Source: Octopus sinensis
Taxonomy: Eukaryota
NCBI RefSeq assembly: GCF_006345805.1
Contig: NC_043006.1
Location: forward strand, 59,334,001-59,398,000
DNA length: 64,000 bases
Direction: 5' to 3'
Of this stretch, positions 1-12,702 are shown one piece after another. Positions within the stretch are counted from its first letter, which is position 1. Every line of letters begins with the position of its first letter. The translations under genes were made by a program, and so were the position numbers. The notes under the pieces are model-generated. The model ran no database searches and was not told the DNA's origin. It was given only the letters and a program-made list of their open reading frames with translations.

Positions 1-399
1 GCTATGTGTAATAAAATAAAGTAGTCTGCAGTATAAAATAAGACAAAAGTGAGAGGCAAGGAGAAGGAACACGAAAAACAATATTAAAATGAAATATAGA
101 AAAAAAAAAAAGATTTCCCAAGCCTCTCGCGAAAATTTCCACGGCTAATATATCTTCATAAAAATTTAATAGCTGAAATATTTTTCATTACATTGTTACT
201 GTTCTGAGATAATTCTGAAAGATTTTCTGTTAAGCAAAGATAAGAACCTAGCTTCTTTATGTTTTTCTATTGTAAAAATGCTTGTATGTAAACATAAAGA
301 GATTTAATCCATGTTATATCTAAGGTCTAGCACAAGTTACCATTTATCTTTGAATAATTTTCAGAAGACCAATTAAAGATTCCTGCTTGAGTTAAAAGG

Positions 400-1500
400 T
401 TGCTAACTCCATTGCCTATAACATCTGGTCTTAAATATATTTCCTGTCACCAAGTGGCATGGAAGGGGACATATTTGGAGGAGATTATACAGAGTGTATG
501 CTGTGTGGACTTAGATACAAAATGAGTAATGATCGTGGAGCATTTCTCTATAGAAATGTGGGAGTATTGCTCCTAGAACCACCAATATTAAGAAGTGAGA
601 AAAAGAAGATTATGCAAAGTTGCTAGAAATGGAATCAGAATGTCGAAGTTTGGAAGGTTAAAGAGTTGAAGGTAATGAATCAGTTTTGGGTTTTTGTTGT
701 GTGTATGGAGGTTAGATGCTCTTAAAATTATGGTGCATCATGCACTTAAGTGCTTCTGATAGGGCAAGGGAAAGTTCATGTACTGCCAGGGATAGTTAAC
801 ATAAGACTGGTCCTGCTCCGACCTTTCAGCTTATTTGAAGTTCCTTACAATTCATAATGGAGGCTTTTGTGTAATATATGGATGTGTATAGTTGCAATAT
901 CTCAATATTTGGACGGCCCATTAGGCGCAAGGACGGTTATGGTTTGATAGAAAGTGAGAAAGAAATCAAATTTATTTAGAATGTTTGTGGATCAATCAGA
1001 ACGGTATGCAAGGAACAAAAAGGATTCCACACGATTCAGTTTCTGGACTGACGTCATCAATATGAGATGAGTGTAAGAAACATGGGAATTTACGAACATT
1101 GAATTTACTGAGAAGAGGAGAGTGTGAAGTGAGAAAGATCTCTTCAACGCTGTAGCAGATCAGGTTTAAGTAGTGTCAGTGGCCGGGGAATTTGATAAAC
1201 GCTAGCAGAAGATGTATTTGAATGAATAGGGATAGGTGACATTGAGCAAGTCGAACTGGAAGTGTTTGTTGCTGATATCTAGATAAGGCCGGTGAGTGAC
1301 AAGATGGTATCTATTTATACACAGATACCATTTTCCAGAATGAAATTTGGATAAAGAGTGTAACCTCAATATCAGACAGATTTTATTATGTCTCGGACAG
1401 GTATAGGGTAAGGAGTTTGTCAAGGGATGTGCTGAGGCTGGAGTAGAAAAGAGAGGGGAGAATCGACAAGTATGTTTAGCTGTTTTGGCAACACAATGAA
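400..1500 (-). pseudogene. Heavily degraded non-LTR retrotransposon reverse-transcriptase remnant
   Basis: Minus-strand peptides occur in RT order across frameshifts: LILRLHSLSKFHSGK, TGLI (cf. WHxGLI), SPLL (cf. QGSxLSPLLF), HIDDV (cf. YADD), ILQLYTSI. Boundaries approximate. Confidence 0.45.
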
Positions 1501-2056
1501 GAGTAAAGGGTGGCGATTCCTTGAGAAGACACGGAAATTGGTTGTGAGTCTTGTTTGAGTGTCTGGCTCAGAGCTAACTCGATTGAACTAAATGGTTGAA
1601 CATGGATCTATCATGTATATACCATGTGAAGAAAAAAAAACTGAAATATTGAATGGTTTGCATTAAGAAACACCATTGCAAAAAATATATTAATGTCTAA
1701 AGTTGAAAATGTAATAAATATAAATAAATACCCGGTTCACCCAGGCATTTATGGATAAATATAAATAAACAATCTGAAATGAAAGACTATAGTATTTCCC
1801 ATTCAGTTTGCTCATTTGCAAAATAACATAAACTAGCATTATCTTTCTAGTTGCGTGGGTCCGATTATTTTCTTAATACCGATTATCAAAGGGCACAAGT
1901 TTAAAAAGAGCATCAATAGCAACAACCTTACTATGAAATACATGTGGATAGCAAAGAAGTGAAGCAATCATCTGGATTAACGAATATTAATTGGGTGTAT
2001 AGGAATCAGATAATTCTTATAGGAAGATTTATATTTTAATCAGATAAAAATCCCTT

Positions 2057-2106
2057 CTCTCTCTCTCTCTCTCTCTCTCTTTTGATATTTTCATTTCTCT
2101 TTTTAT

Positions 2107-2144
<38 letters not shown>

Positions 2145-2710
2145 CTTCTCCTTCCTTTGCTTCTTCTTTTCGTCCCTTTCATATTTTTGATTGTGTAATT
2201 TGAATTTATTTTAAAATTACATAAAAATGAAAAAGAAACCGATAAAAGGGAAGAAAAAAAAGAATTTAATTTATAAGTATGAAAATAAATATGGCAGATT
2301 ATTAAGCTGTTTTTTGGTTGTTTCATAAATAATTAAATGAATATATTGATTTCTTAACAATCTATTATTGACCCTGCTAGGAGGGAAAAAGAGAGTTAAG
2401 AAGTGCTGTTTGTATATGTATGTATGTGTGAGAGAGAGAAAGAACAGGATGGCGGGGATAGAGAGATGGAAAATGTTTATTGGAAAGAAAAAGGGGGAAG
2501 GAAAGAGAAAGTGAAAGTAAACAAAAGGGTGTGTGTGTGTGTGAGAGAGAGAGAGAGAAAAAGGGAGAAATAAAGAGATAAGAAGGAAGATAGCGAAAAA
2601 GAGGAAAAGGGGAAAGGAGCGTGGGAAAGTAATTAAAATGATAAGAAATAGAATGTTGTAGGATACAGAGATCAGAGGAGAGAAAGAGAGAGAGAGAGAA
2701 GGGGGGGGGA
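2057..2710. repeat. (CT)n / (GA)n purine-pyrimidine tracts
   Basis: Directly visible. Confidence 0.9.
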
Positions 2711-2979
2711 GAAAAACAATGTGCTGAATAAAGAGAATTTTATCTATAATACTTCATATTTCTTCAATGATTTAAAATGTGCCTCTCATATCTCTGTAAC
2801 TTAATTGCCTTCAACAAGTTACTTCACACAGACTCACCTTTCATGATGTCTTAACAACAAGATTGGCTATCCATGAATCACACTTTTGATTATACTCTAT
2901 AACTATTGCTGGCTGAGGGTTATTTATTCCTTAACCACCCGTTAAGATGATGCTAATGATGTTTCATATTACGTAATAA

Positions 2980-3623
2980 TCATGGTCCATCTAGGATTTT
3001 TCAACGGGCTCCAGATCTTCAGCGTATACAGCAGCATTAATTTTAAGACCCCGTGGAGAGATGTAAGGTGGCAATTACTTGACCGTTGTTGCTCACTGCT
3101 TCTAAAACCATAAGAATTGCTAGAAACTTAGCGTGTATTACTCTGGCGATATGAGAAGGAACTGCACATAACCATCTGTCCTTTTTCGTTTTAGATTTTT
3201 GGTCTTTGTCGAAGCTTTGAATCTCATTAGAAATCCAAAGCTTTCATGTTCGCCGGGGTTCTCTGAACGTTGTTAAGTAACTACTCTGCACACAACAATC
3301 GGTTTCCTTGTCTCTTCACGCACCACAGTTCTGGTAGTCCACTCCGACACCTAAAGTGTTTTGACGATAGCCCTTATTGATTTTCCGATATCATCATCGA
3401 TAGTGTTTTGAACCTGATGGATGACTTGTTGTGTCCTTACAATAGACGAACGTTTGGAGTTTCTTTACTTTTTTCTTTTCGTTGTGCTAAATGCTTCCAG
3501 TTCTATCCAAAATTTATGTACAAAAGATTTTGCAACGTTCAGAAAGTTGGCATTTTCCTAATAATCGTGTTCTGCATGTATGGAAAAATAATTGCATGTT
3601 TTTCTCATTTTTTGTGTTAGCAT
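2980..3623 (-). mobile_element. Tc1/mariner DD37D (maT-like) transposase pseudogene, N-terminal and central part
   Basis: Translates with stops and frameshifts as MLTQKMRK..FLNVAKSFVHK..IVRTQQVIHQVQNTIDDDIGKSIRAI..VSEWTTRTVVRE..FDKDQKSKTKKDRWLC..VIHAKFLAILMVLEAVSNNGQV..PP..RGLKINAAVY. Confidence 0.85.
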
Positions 3624-3879
3624 TTTATCTGCTACGGGAGCCTGTGAAGATATAAAAACTCTTATAATTGATTTGAAAAGAGTAATATATTTAAGATTAA
3701 GTGTCCTAAAACACCTCTCACCTCCAGTATATACATACATATTCACTCTCGAAGTTATATAGACTTTTAGTCTTCTCTTTTATTCTTTTACTAGTTTCAG
3801 CTCAAGGGCTGTGGTCATGCTGCAACATCACCAACTGGTGTTGGTACGCTTTCATTAATAATCATGTAATAATTGGCAT

Positions 3880-4470
3880 TTTCTTAATGATAGAGTTAGA
3901 TGCTACCGCCTTCCTTCCTGCTTCCTGCAATGAGGATGGCTCATCTAGGACGCTTGTCAATAGGTGGTCCAGTCTATTTTGAAAACATCTACATACACAC
4001 CATGTAGGTCTTTGAGTTCCTTCGGGAGGATATTGAAGAGCTGTGCCCTCTCTGAATGTCAAGCTATTGCAATATCTAGTACTGTCTAGTACGGTAGGAG
4101 AAGGATTTTGGTCACTATGTAATGGCACCTTGTTCTGGTGTTAGTATAACTTTCAACGCCAAAGCTTTGCTGCAAGGTACATCTGGAAGAATCTTCCAGA
4201 ATCTTCCATAGTTACAGCCTTCGCCCCAAGGAGAAAAGTCTTAACCTCTTGAGTTTTTTCCCAGTAGCTAATTTACTGCATTAAAACTATCTTCTTCGTG
4301 TAGCTCCACTGTTAGAATCACACCGTATGGTGACCATAGTTGGGAACAATAGTCAAAAGGGCTTAGGACAAATGTACTCCAGAGGACCATCATGGTTTCT
4401 TGGTCTCCTGTTCGGAAAGTTCTAAGAATCCATCCGGTCAGACGCCTGATTTCATTGGCAACAAAGTAAT
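3880..4470 (-). mobile_element. CR1/L2-type LINE 3' fragment
   Basis: RRLTGWILRTFRTGDQETMMVLWSTFVLSPFDYCSQLWSPY, then TRYCNSLTFR..QLFNILPKELKDLHG..LDHLLTSVLDEP..ASNS. Confidence 0.85.
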
Positions 4471-4490
4471 ATGCATATGATACACACACA

Positions 4491-4531
<41 letters not shown>

Positions 4532-4600
4532 CCACATACACACATACACACACATACACACACATAATTATATATATATATATATATATCTATATATATA

Positions 4601-4649
<49 letters not shown>

Positions 4650-5080
4650 ATGAAGAAATAAATGGTATAGTTATCCACTTTATACAGCTCAAACAATTAG
4701 CGCTCTAAATTAGCTTCATGAATAAAATTAAGGAGAGAAAAAATTCCAAAGGCCGGTGTGTATATTCATTCAATCCATTTCAACGTATCGAAATTCTCCA
4801 CAGTATACAGTATACATAGACACGTTTACATATATGAGATATGCTAAAAATTTATAAGAATTTATAAACGCATATACATGCAAAGATTTATAAATATATA
4901 AAAGTTCATACATATATATAAAAATTTACAAACACATAAAAATTCATAAATGCATAAACACATAAATATAAATACATGGATATACTTGCGAAGTCCGAAT
5001 GTCAGTATTAGAATCAATGAGGAGCGTAGATAAGAAAGACAGTATAAAATGATTCATGAGGAATCCTAAATAGTTACAAA

Positions 5081-5164
5081 ATCTTACGGCCGTTTCGAGA
5101 AGATATAAGTTCTTATGGCTGAGCTAACTTCAACCATAGCAATTATCTATACTTCTCCCATCAG
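5081..5164 (-). ncRNA. Degenerate hammerhead ribozyme motif (Penelope-like terminus)
   Basis: Minus strand reads CTGATGG (A9>G), GAGAAG...CTTCTC, GAAAC, GGCC, GTA. The 5' strand of stem I is replaced by (TA)n. Confidence 0.5.
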
Positions 5165-5269
5165 TATATATATATATGTCTTTTACGAGCTTTTTATTCA
5201 GATGTGACCTGTTGGACAGATCAAACGTGGCAATCTACCAGAAGCCTTCAGCACCTGCTAATTGTAGAG

Positions 5270-5485
5270 AGTATTGTCTGAAGAGAATGCAAAAATTCAC
5301 TTGAAGGAGTTTTGCGCCACTAATGACAGAACATTCTTTGAGTAGGGAGCAATGAAACTGGCCATAAGATGACAAAAGATATTGGAACGAAACGGTAATT
5401 ATTGATTGACTAAATGATTTTGTGTTTAAAACTTGTGTCTCATTTTTTCTTTAAAAAAATGAACGGACTTTTTCGCCAATATATA
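5270..5485 (+). mobile_element. mariner 3' end fragment with TIR
   Basis: F(E)*GAMKLAIR*QKILERNGNY (cf. GIxKLxxRWxKxxExNGxY), followed by a TIR-like AAAATGAACGGACTTTTTCGCCAAT and TA. Confidence 0.7.
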
Positions 5486-5533
5486 TGTGCTTGTTGCGTG
5501 CGTGCCTATATATATATATATATAATATATATA

Positions 5534-5569
<36 letters not shown>

Positions 5570-5889
5570 TGTATGTATTTATGTATGTATGTTGTATGTA
5601 TATGTGTGTATGTGTATGACTACATCTCTATGTGTACATATGTTCATTTACATATACTTCGTAGATGTGCGTCATCGATGGACCGCTAGACAATCTTTGA
5701 CGGAGAGATGTTTCTGCCAATTCTGGGGTCAATTTTACACTTGATCCTTCATGGGGGTCGATAAATAAACTTCCAGTAAAGGACTGTTGGGGAATATAAT
5801 AAACTATTCAGCACTTTAATTTCTGGTATTGTGACTGTGTTAGGGATAATTCTTATAGGCTTGTGTACCCGTAGGTATGAGCGTGAATC

Positions 5890-6480
5890 CTTTGGGTGTG
5901 AACTAAAGCCACCCTTTCTGCGCACGTGTGAAAATTTTCGCGCCACTAGGTCGCGTCAGTTCCTGGCTGCTACGCCTGGAGTACACTCGTGAAGTGCGCA
6001 CACGTCGGAAATGTCGTTTTCACTTAACGCACAGAACATAGATATTGCATAAAGTTTTGCCAAAAGCTTAGTGATACTAAAGCTCAAACCAGCCAGAAAA
6101 TTCAGCAGACCTTTGGCGACGATGCCATGGGCGAAACTCAGATCAAGGAGTGGTATAATCGTTTCAAATACGGCTCAAACGTTTGAGAAGATTCGGCAAA
6201 TAGTCATGAAGACCGTTATGTAACAATCCAGGAAATTGCTCCGGAAGTGGAAATAAGCACAGGATCGGAGTATTCCATTTTAATGGAGGATTTGTGTATG
6301 CGGAGTGTCAGCAAAATTTGTTCCTCGGGTGCTGGCGGAAAAACAGAAGCAACTCCGCATGGGAATCATTCATGCCATGCTGGATAGGCAAACAATGACC
6401 CAGACTATATGAAAACCTTCATCAGTAGTGATGAGACATGAGTTTATGGTCTCTGCTCGATGTGTTCGGTCATCTCCTGC
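5890..6480 (+). mobile_element. mariner 5' half, ending in an inverted copy of its own start (fold-back derivative)
   Basis: EHRYCIKFCQKLSDT..QQTFGDDAMGETQIKEWYNRFK..TIQEIAPEVEISTGS..ILMEDL..AKFVPRVL..FISSDET*VYG, then CTCTGCTCGATGTGTTCGGTCAT (reverse complement encodes MTEHIEQR). Confidence 0.85.
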
Positions 6481-6548
6481 AATACACGTTTCAGTCATTG
6501 AAACGAAGCCATTCTGGAGCTCCACCTTCAAAAGTTTACTCAAACAAA

Positions 6549-6578
<30 letters not shown>

Positions 6579-6579
<1 letters not shown>

Positions 6580-6885
6580 CACGTGATCACGTGACCGACC
6601 AGACCATCAGATGTTGTTACACATCGCTGGTCACAATGCGTTCGCATGGTTTCAGCCTTCGAATGACGCCACCCCGCTGGCTAAGCGAGCAGGCCAACTG
6701 AAGAAAGAGTGAGAGAGAGAGTGGTGAAGGAGTACAGCAGGGATCACCACTCCCTGCCAGAGCCTCGTGGAGCTTTTAGGTGCTTTCGGTCAATAAACAC
6801 ACAACGCCCGGTCTGGGAATCGAAACCGCGATCCTACGACTGCAAGTCCGCTGCCCTAACCACTAGGCTAGCCATTGCGCCTCCA
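6579..6885 (-). mobile_element. tRNA-derived SINE (family C head, CACGTGAT-(TA)n tail)
   Basis: Head GGAGGCGCAATGGC..TAGTGGTTAGGGCAGCGGAC..GGTTTCGATTCCC has A/B boxes. The tail recurs at 18421-18531 and 62613-62670. Confidence 0.85.
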
Positions 6886-6892
6886 CTATATA

Positions 6893-6959
<67 letters not shown>

Positions 6960-7003
6960 TATAATATATATATACATATATACACACACCACACACACAT
7001 ATA

Positions 7004-7048
<45 letters not shown>

Positions 7049-7105
7049 ACGTTTAAATATTTGTTGTGCAAGATTTTTTATGTGAAGTCGTGTGTTGAAA
7101 CAGAT

Positions 7106-7238
7106 ATTGTTGTATTTAGGAATGGTCATTTTGCCAGTTTAGCCAATAAAACACACGCACTATATAACACCAAAAATATATAGTGCGTGTGTTTTTATTG
7201 GCTAAACTGGCAAAATGACCATTCCTAAATACAACAAT
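7106..7238. repeat. Near-perfect hairpin (about 61 bp arms, 10 nt loop) in a (TA)n-flanked element
   Basis: ATTGTTGTATTTAGGAATGG..GCACTATATA / TATATAGTGC..CCTAAATACAACAAT. A single arm recurs near 56370-56425. Confidence 0.95.
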
Positions 7239-7239
7239 G

Positions 7240-7271
<32 letters not shown>

Positions 7272-8115
7272 GTCCAGGATGCGCTGAATATATTCTCGTC
7301 TAAATTACGCAAAAATGAAAATAACACTGACACCTCATTTTAACAGATATATTTACCAAAATTACATAAAAATATCTTGAAATACGAAAAAACAAAAATT
7401 TATACAATAAAATCGCCATTGGCTTCAACCAGGGCCTCCAGACGACTTCAGAAAATCCTGCATCGCTTCTCGACGGTCTCCTTGTTTAAGTTGGTGAATG
7501 CTGCCATAACCTCTGCCTTCATGTCATCTTTTGTGTTAGAAGGAGTTTTGCTGGTCTCTTGCTCAGCTGCGCCCCACACATAATAATCAAGGGCTTGCAG
7601 TTTGGTGAGTTATGTGACCAGATGTTAGGGGTGATGTGGTCGCAGAAATTGTCTTCTGCACGTTTGGCATGGTCCAGAATCCTGTTGCCAGACAGAGGGT
7701 CTTCCAGCAGCCACCTTCTTGACCCAGGGCAGCATTACCCCCCCAGGAACTTGATGTAGGCCTCCGTGTTGCGTGTGAGGCCGTGTGGGAAGATGAATGG
7801 AGGCATAACGTCGCCATCATTAGTCATCGCTTCAAATATCCATATGTTGAGTGGATGTTTGATTTTGATCACTCTCGGTACATGTCCTCAGATTGACACC
7901 TGAACACTCTGAAATGTTCGTATTGGAACTTCCGGAGCGAATGACAAGCAGTACAGCAAGTCGTTTCCAAATATCTGTCAGAGTGAATAGCGTCATGGTG
8001 TGCTGGTTTTCTCACGGACGGTGCTGAACTGACCCTACAATACTGTGTAGTCAACAAAATCATAAACAAACCATGCGCGAAATTAAAATTTAAAATGTCG
8101 ACAATTTATCTTATG
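7272..8115 (-). mobile_element. Internally deleted DD37D (maT-like) element, transposase C-terminus
   Basis: DNFCDHITPNIWSHNSPNC..LDYYVWGAAEQETSKTPSNTK..MAAFTNLNKETVEK..SRLEALVEANGDFI, with degenerate TIRs at both ends. Confidence 0.85.
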
Positions 8116-8759
8116 AACTTTATTAGCTTACAGCTTTTACCACCGCAAGATGCGATTGATTCGTATTCATATCTGTGCGCTTGAGTAACACCTAACAGTT
8201 TCATCAGAGCCAAAAGCATGAAGTCTCTCTCTTTTCTCTCTCTCTATTCTCTTCTCTCTTTTATCTTTCCGCGCGCACACACACACGCGCACACATATGC
8301 ATAAACACTTGCTTGTATATATATTGGAGTGTATGAGTGGACGTTGTAATGGGTATGTTTAAAGATGTGTGTACATTCTATGTGTGGGTGGGTGCATATC
8401 ATATATCCGTGTCCACCAGCTTACAGGACATCAGTAGATGAACTCCCGCACAATTCATAACAAGAACACACTTATACTCACTATCTTATACACATTGATT
8501 GATTTTCGTTGCTTTACTCTCTGCCTGTGTGAATAACCTTCAAGTATTTGGCTTCTCTGGGAGACCCTTTTTAAAGTAGAAGAAATAGCTAGGATTTTTG
8601 GCTGCTATTTCTAAACTTCGGTGTGTGGTGAAGCAAATCTTTGCTGAACCCTTTTATTAGTATTACTTAAGTTTGCCGTGAAATGGTCCTTTTTTCACAC
8701 CGAATTCTACTTGGTGAAATTATTGATTACTTCTTAATTGATTAATTTTTACCCTTTGT

Positions 8760-8804
<45 letters not shown>

Positions 8805-8822
8805 TACATATATATTTATTTA

Positions 8823-8934
8823 TAAGAGATACCAACACGCTGGAAAAAGCAGCCAAAACTTGGCTCTAAAGCCACATTAATGTGGTTTTAGAGTCAAGTT
8901 TTGGCTGCTATTTCCAGCGTGATGGTATTTCTTA
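8823..8934. repeat. Imperfect palindrome centred on CCACATTAATGTGG, next to (TA)n
   Basis: Arms of about 55 bp visible directly. Confidence 0.9.
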
Positions 8935-9189
8935 GATACCCTAAATTATAATTTTGATTTTAATGATAATTCTTACCTTTGAAGGTTTTTATTGCCATGC
9001 TGGCCACTTTATAACATCGATAGTTAAATAACGATCTTATCTTTATATATATATATATATATAACACATACATTAATAACAATACAATAATAACAATAAT
9101 GATGCAACCCTGAAAAACATTAAACAGCAGCCGGTATAATGAAATAGGAGCTTTATTTGCATATCTCTAACGTTACATAAACGAAGGAA

Positions 9190-9733
9190 GGCGCAGGAAC
9201 GACTGTGTGGTAAGTAGCTTGCTTACCTACCACATGGTTCCAGGTTCAGTCCCACTGCGTGGCGCCTTCGGTGAGTGTCTTCTACTATGGCCGCGGGCCA
9301 ACCAAAGCCTTGTGAGTGGATTTGGTAGACGGAAACTGAAAGAAGCATGTCGTATATATGTATGTGTATAGGTTTGTGTGTCTGTGTTTGTCCCCTCACC
9401 ATTGCTTGACAACCGATGCTGGTGTGTTCACGTCCCCGTAACTTAGCAGTTCGACAAAATAGCCCGATGGAATAAGTACTAGGCTTACAAGGAATAAGTC
9501 CTAAGGTCGATTTGTTCGAGTAAAGGCGGTGCTCCAGCATGGCCGCAGTCAAATGACTGAAACAAGTAAAAGAGAAAAGAGAAAAGAGAAATATACACAC
9601 AGGTATGACATACTTTCGATTTGTTGTCTTTTTATTAAATCCTGAAACTATTATTTATGCAACGAAAGCACTCATTCTTTTTTACTTATATATATATAGC
9701 TGCAGTCAAATCAGTGAAATGAATAAAAGAATG
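9190..9733 (+). mobile_element. tRNA-derived SINE family A, with an inserted second tail plus flank
   Basis: GGCGCAGGA..GGCTGTGTGGTAAG..GGTTCAGTCCC head, CORE-like CCTT(G/C)GGyRAGTGTCTT, AAGAG tail. Confidence 0.9.
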
Positions 9734-10120
9734 TATATTTATATATAACCTGCATTACTTTCACTCGTGCCGTCTTTCAACGAAAACGCCAAAAATTCAA
9801 TTACATTTAGTGCTGGTAGATTTGAATGAAGATTTGAAATGTAGAAGATACATTTGCACCAAGTTTCCAAAGAAATATGAATAGTTGCAACACCTATTCA
9901 TTTTTTATGTCTTTCGCTAAATCTTCCGGCAAGCAGATATATTTAAAGGGACGCAACTCTATGTTGGGTATGACAGCAATTATCTCCCTTAGAAAATCGC
10001 TTGTTTCAGGCACCACCTACTTGTTGATAAATCAGCTTACCACATCTGTGTCAATATAATTATTGAAAGTCTTAATGAGACTCAGTTAATTCTTTGCTAA
10101 TTAGTTATTTATTTATTTTT

Positions 10121-10215
<95 letters not shown>

Positions 10216-10276
10216 ATTATTCATATCTAAAAGAAAATTAAGCTTCGATGCGATGAACTTCAGATAGGGCCACACA

Positions 10277-10337
<61 letters not shown>

Positions 10338-10481
10338 TAATAAAAGAATAGAACATATGCATATATATAAACATATATGTACGTACCTACCTCTACATGT
10401 ACATATACACGCATATATGTGTACAGGACACCAAAAAGACGTCGAACACATAGAGAGACGAAAAAAGACACAAACCATATA

Positions 10482-10517
<36 letters not shown>

Positions 10518-10538
10518 TGTATGTATGTATGTATGTAT

Positions 10539-10786
10539 ATCGTAACATATAATTGCCAACCAAGTGTGGCGTCCTATACAGGAGACTGCTACTGACGTTT
10601 ATAGCCCCAGGAAGACATCCCTTCCAGCTGGCTAACGATACACATTTTGTGTCCGACTAATGTTTGCGAGGGGAGGTCATCGCTCCCATCTTTAGCCTAG
10701 ACGTGATACACACTGACTCGTGTTTCTGAGTAGTTACCCGTCTCCTGTTTGGACGCCACACTTGGTTGGCAATTATATGTTACGAT
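10539..10786. mobile_element. MITE with 36-bp perfect TIRs
   Basis: ATCGTAACATATAATTGCCAACCAAGTGTGGCGTCC ... GGACGCCACACTTGGTTGGCAATTATATGTTACGAT. A diverged half copy lies at about 26388-26525. Confidence 0.9.
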
Positions 10787-11141
10787 TCCGTATTGCTACT
10801 GCTTATATCTCGCTCAGCGATTCCATATAACCTATATATATATATATATATTATATATATATATAAAGGGAAAGTTTACGAAAATAAACAAAAGACAAAG
10901 GTAGGTGGAGTACAAACAAATAAATGTATTAGTATAGCGCTCGGGAATAGAAAAATTAGTATAGCGCTCGGGAATAGAAAAAGTCTTTTAGGTTTCGAGC
11001 CTAAGCTCTTCGACAGAAAGATACACAGAAAAAAAAACAAGGAGAGAAAAAAATAGGTGTAGGAGCTTACGATCTATCATGGCGTCCTGACTTCGGACAG
11101 TGGTCAGACGCGAGAGGGACAGTAGGGGAGATAACAGGGTC

Positions 11142-11212
<71 letters not shown>

Positions 11213-11317
11213 AGAGTGAGGAAAAGGAGTGAAGAGGGAGATATAGAATTTGATAATGCCAACGCATGAAACTCTTCTTTACCCTGAGCTACTCCGTTGC
11301 TTCTGCAAAATATTGAT

Positions 11318-11506
11318 ATGGTTCCAAGTTCAGCCTCACTGCGTGGCACCTTGGGCAAGTGTCTCCTACTATAGCCTCGGGTCGGCTAAAACCTTGTGAG
11401 TGCATTTGGTAGACTGAAACGGAGAGACGCCCGTCGTATATGTATATATGTGTGTGTGTTTTTTGTGTGTGTGCGTGTGTGTGTGTGTGTGTGGGAGTGA
11501 GTGTGT

Positions 11507-11554
<48 letters not shown>

Positions 11555-11768
11555 TGTGTGTCTGTGTTTGTCTCGCCCCCACTATCGCTTGACAACCGAT
11601 GGTAGTGTGTCTACGTCCACGTAACTTAGCGGTTCGGCAAAAGTGACTGATAGAATAAGTATTAGGCTTACAGAGAAATAAGTCCTGGGGTCGATTTGTT
11701 CGACTATAGACGGTACTCCAGCATGGCTGCAGTCAAATGACTGAAACAAGTGAAAGAAAGCAAAAGAA
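11318..11768 (+). mobile_element. SINE family A, 5'-truncated
   Basis: Matches the other family A copies; internal (TG)n. Confidence 0.9.
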
Positions 11769-11791
11769 ATATATATATATATATATATATA

Positions 11792-11953
11792 TATAACCAA
11801 GAAAAAAGCAGCAAGAATGGATCGGTAGATTAGTACAATTGTTTCATACTATAAACATTTTATTTCAAGCTGCAAATGTTTATAAAATGTTTATAGTATG
11901 AAACAATTGTACTAATCTACCGATCCATTCTTGTTGCTTTTTTCTTGGTTATA
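11792..11953. repeat. Hairpin (about 70 bp arms) of a Penelope-like terminus
   Basis: Arms contain GAAACAATTGTAC and GATCCATTCTTGTTGCTTTTT, both shared with the hammerhead-bearing element at 53909-54020. Confidence 0.85.
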
Positions 11954-12302
11954 ATCACTCCACATAATTTTATGGTTAATACCATAAAGAATTCTGGTTC
12001 ATCTAAGTTAAGTACCATATTCATTTGAATTCATTTGAATCTTAATTATTTTGCTGAAATTATATATATATATATATAAAACTGAACCCGGAACCCCTTG
12101 TATTTATAAAGTTAAATAAGTAAATTCCTCGGCCGGATACTATACGTTTGAATTTATTCACTGCTATACTACTCTGGCTTGGCACGTTGGTTGGAGTCAT
12201 TCTATTTGAATTCTTGATGTATAAAGATGGAACTGAATACGCATGTGTTTACTTTGTGTATTCGGTACGTATTGTTGTCTCATATTTATACATTTTACAG
12301 CA

Positions 12303-12398
12303 ACCTTACTGACGAGCCACGGATGACTAATTAATCAATTAATTAACTTGTTTGTCGATCTATTTTGTCATTAATGGTGAAAGTCATGGGTATAAGGT
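12303..12398 (+). ncRNA. Degenerate type I hammerhead ribozyme motif
   Basis: ACCTTA-CTGACGA-GCCA...TGGT-GAAA-GTCATGG-GTA-TAAGGT. Stem I is 6 bp; C15.2 is mutated. Confidence 0.55.
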
Positions 12399-12483
12399 GA
12401 ACTGAAATTTTTATTCATGCAAATGTCTTGCTCGCGTACGAACAATGTGCTTCAATGTAAGATTGTTTTGGGCTTTGACTGCC

Positions 12484-12531
<48 letters not shown>

Positions 12532-12661
12532 CATATTTGTATTGTTATCCTGGGAGTATGTAGTTGTGATGTTTAAACCTCATAATACTAAACGGATGTA
12601 AAAAATCCACATGATGATTTTCTCTCCGTGTATATTCCATAAACTATTGTGTGTGTGTGTG

Positions 12662-12699
<38 letters not shown>

Positions 12700-12702
<3 letters not shown>

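Noticed and set aside
10927-10982. 28-bp tandem duplication ATTAGTATAGCGCTCGGGAATAGAAAA
   Set aside because: Two adjacent units without spacers; slippage duplication, not CRISPR
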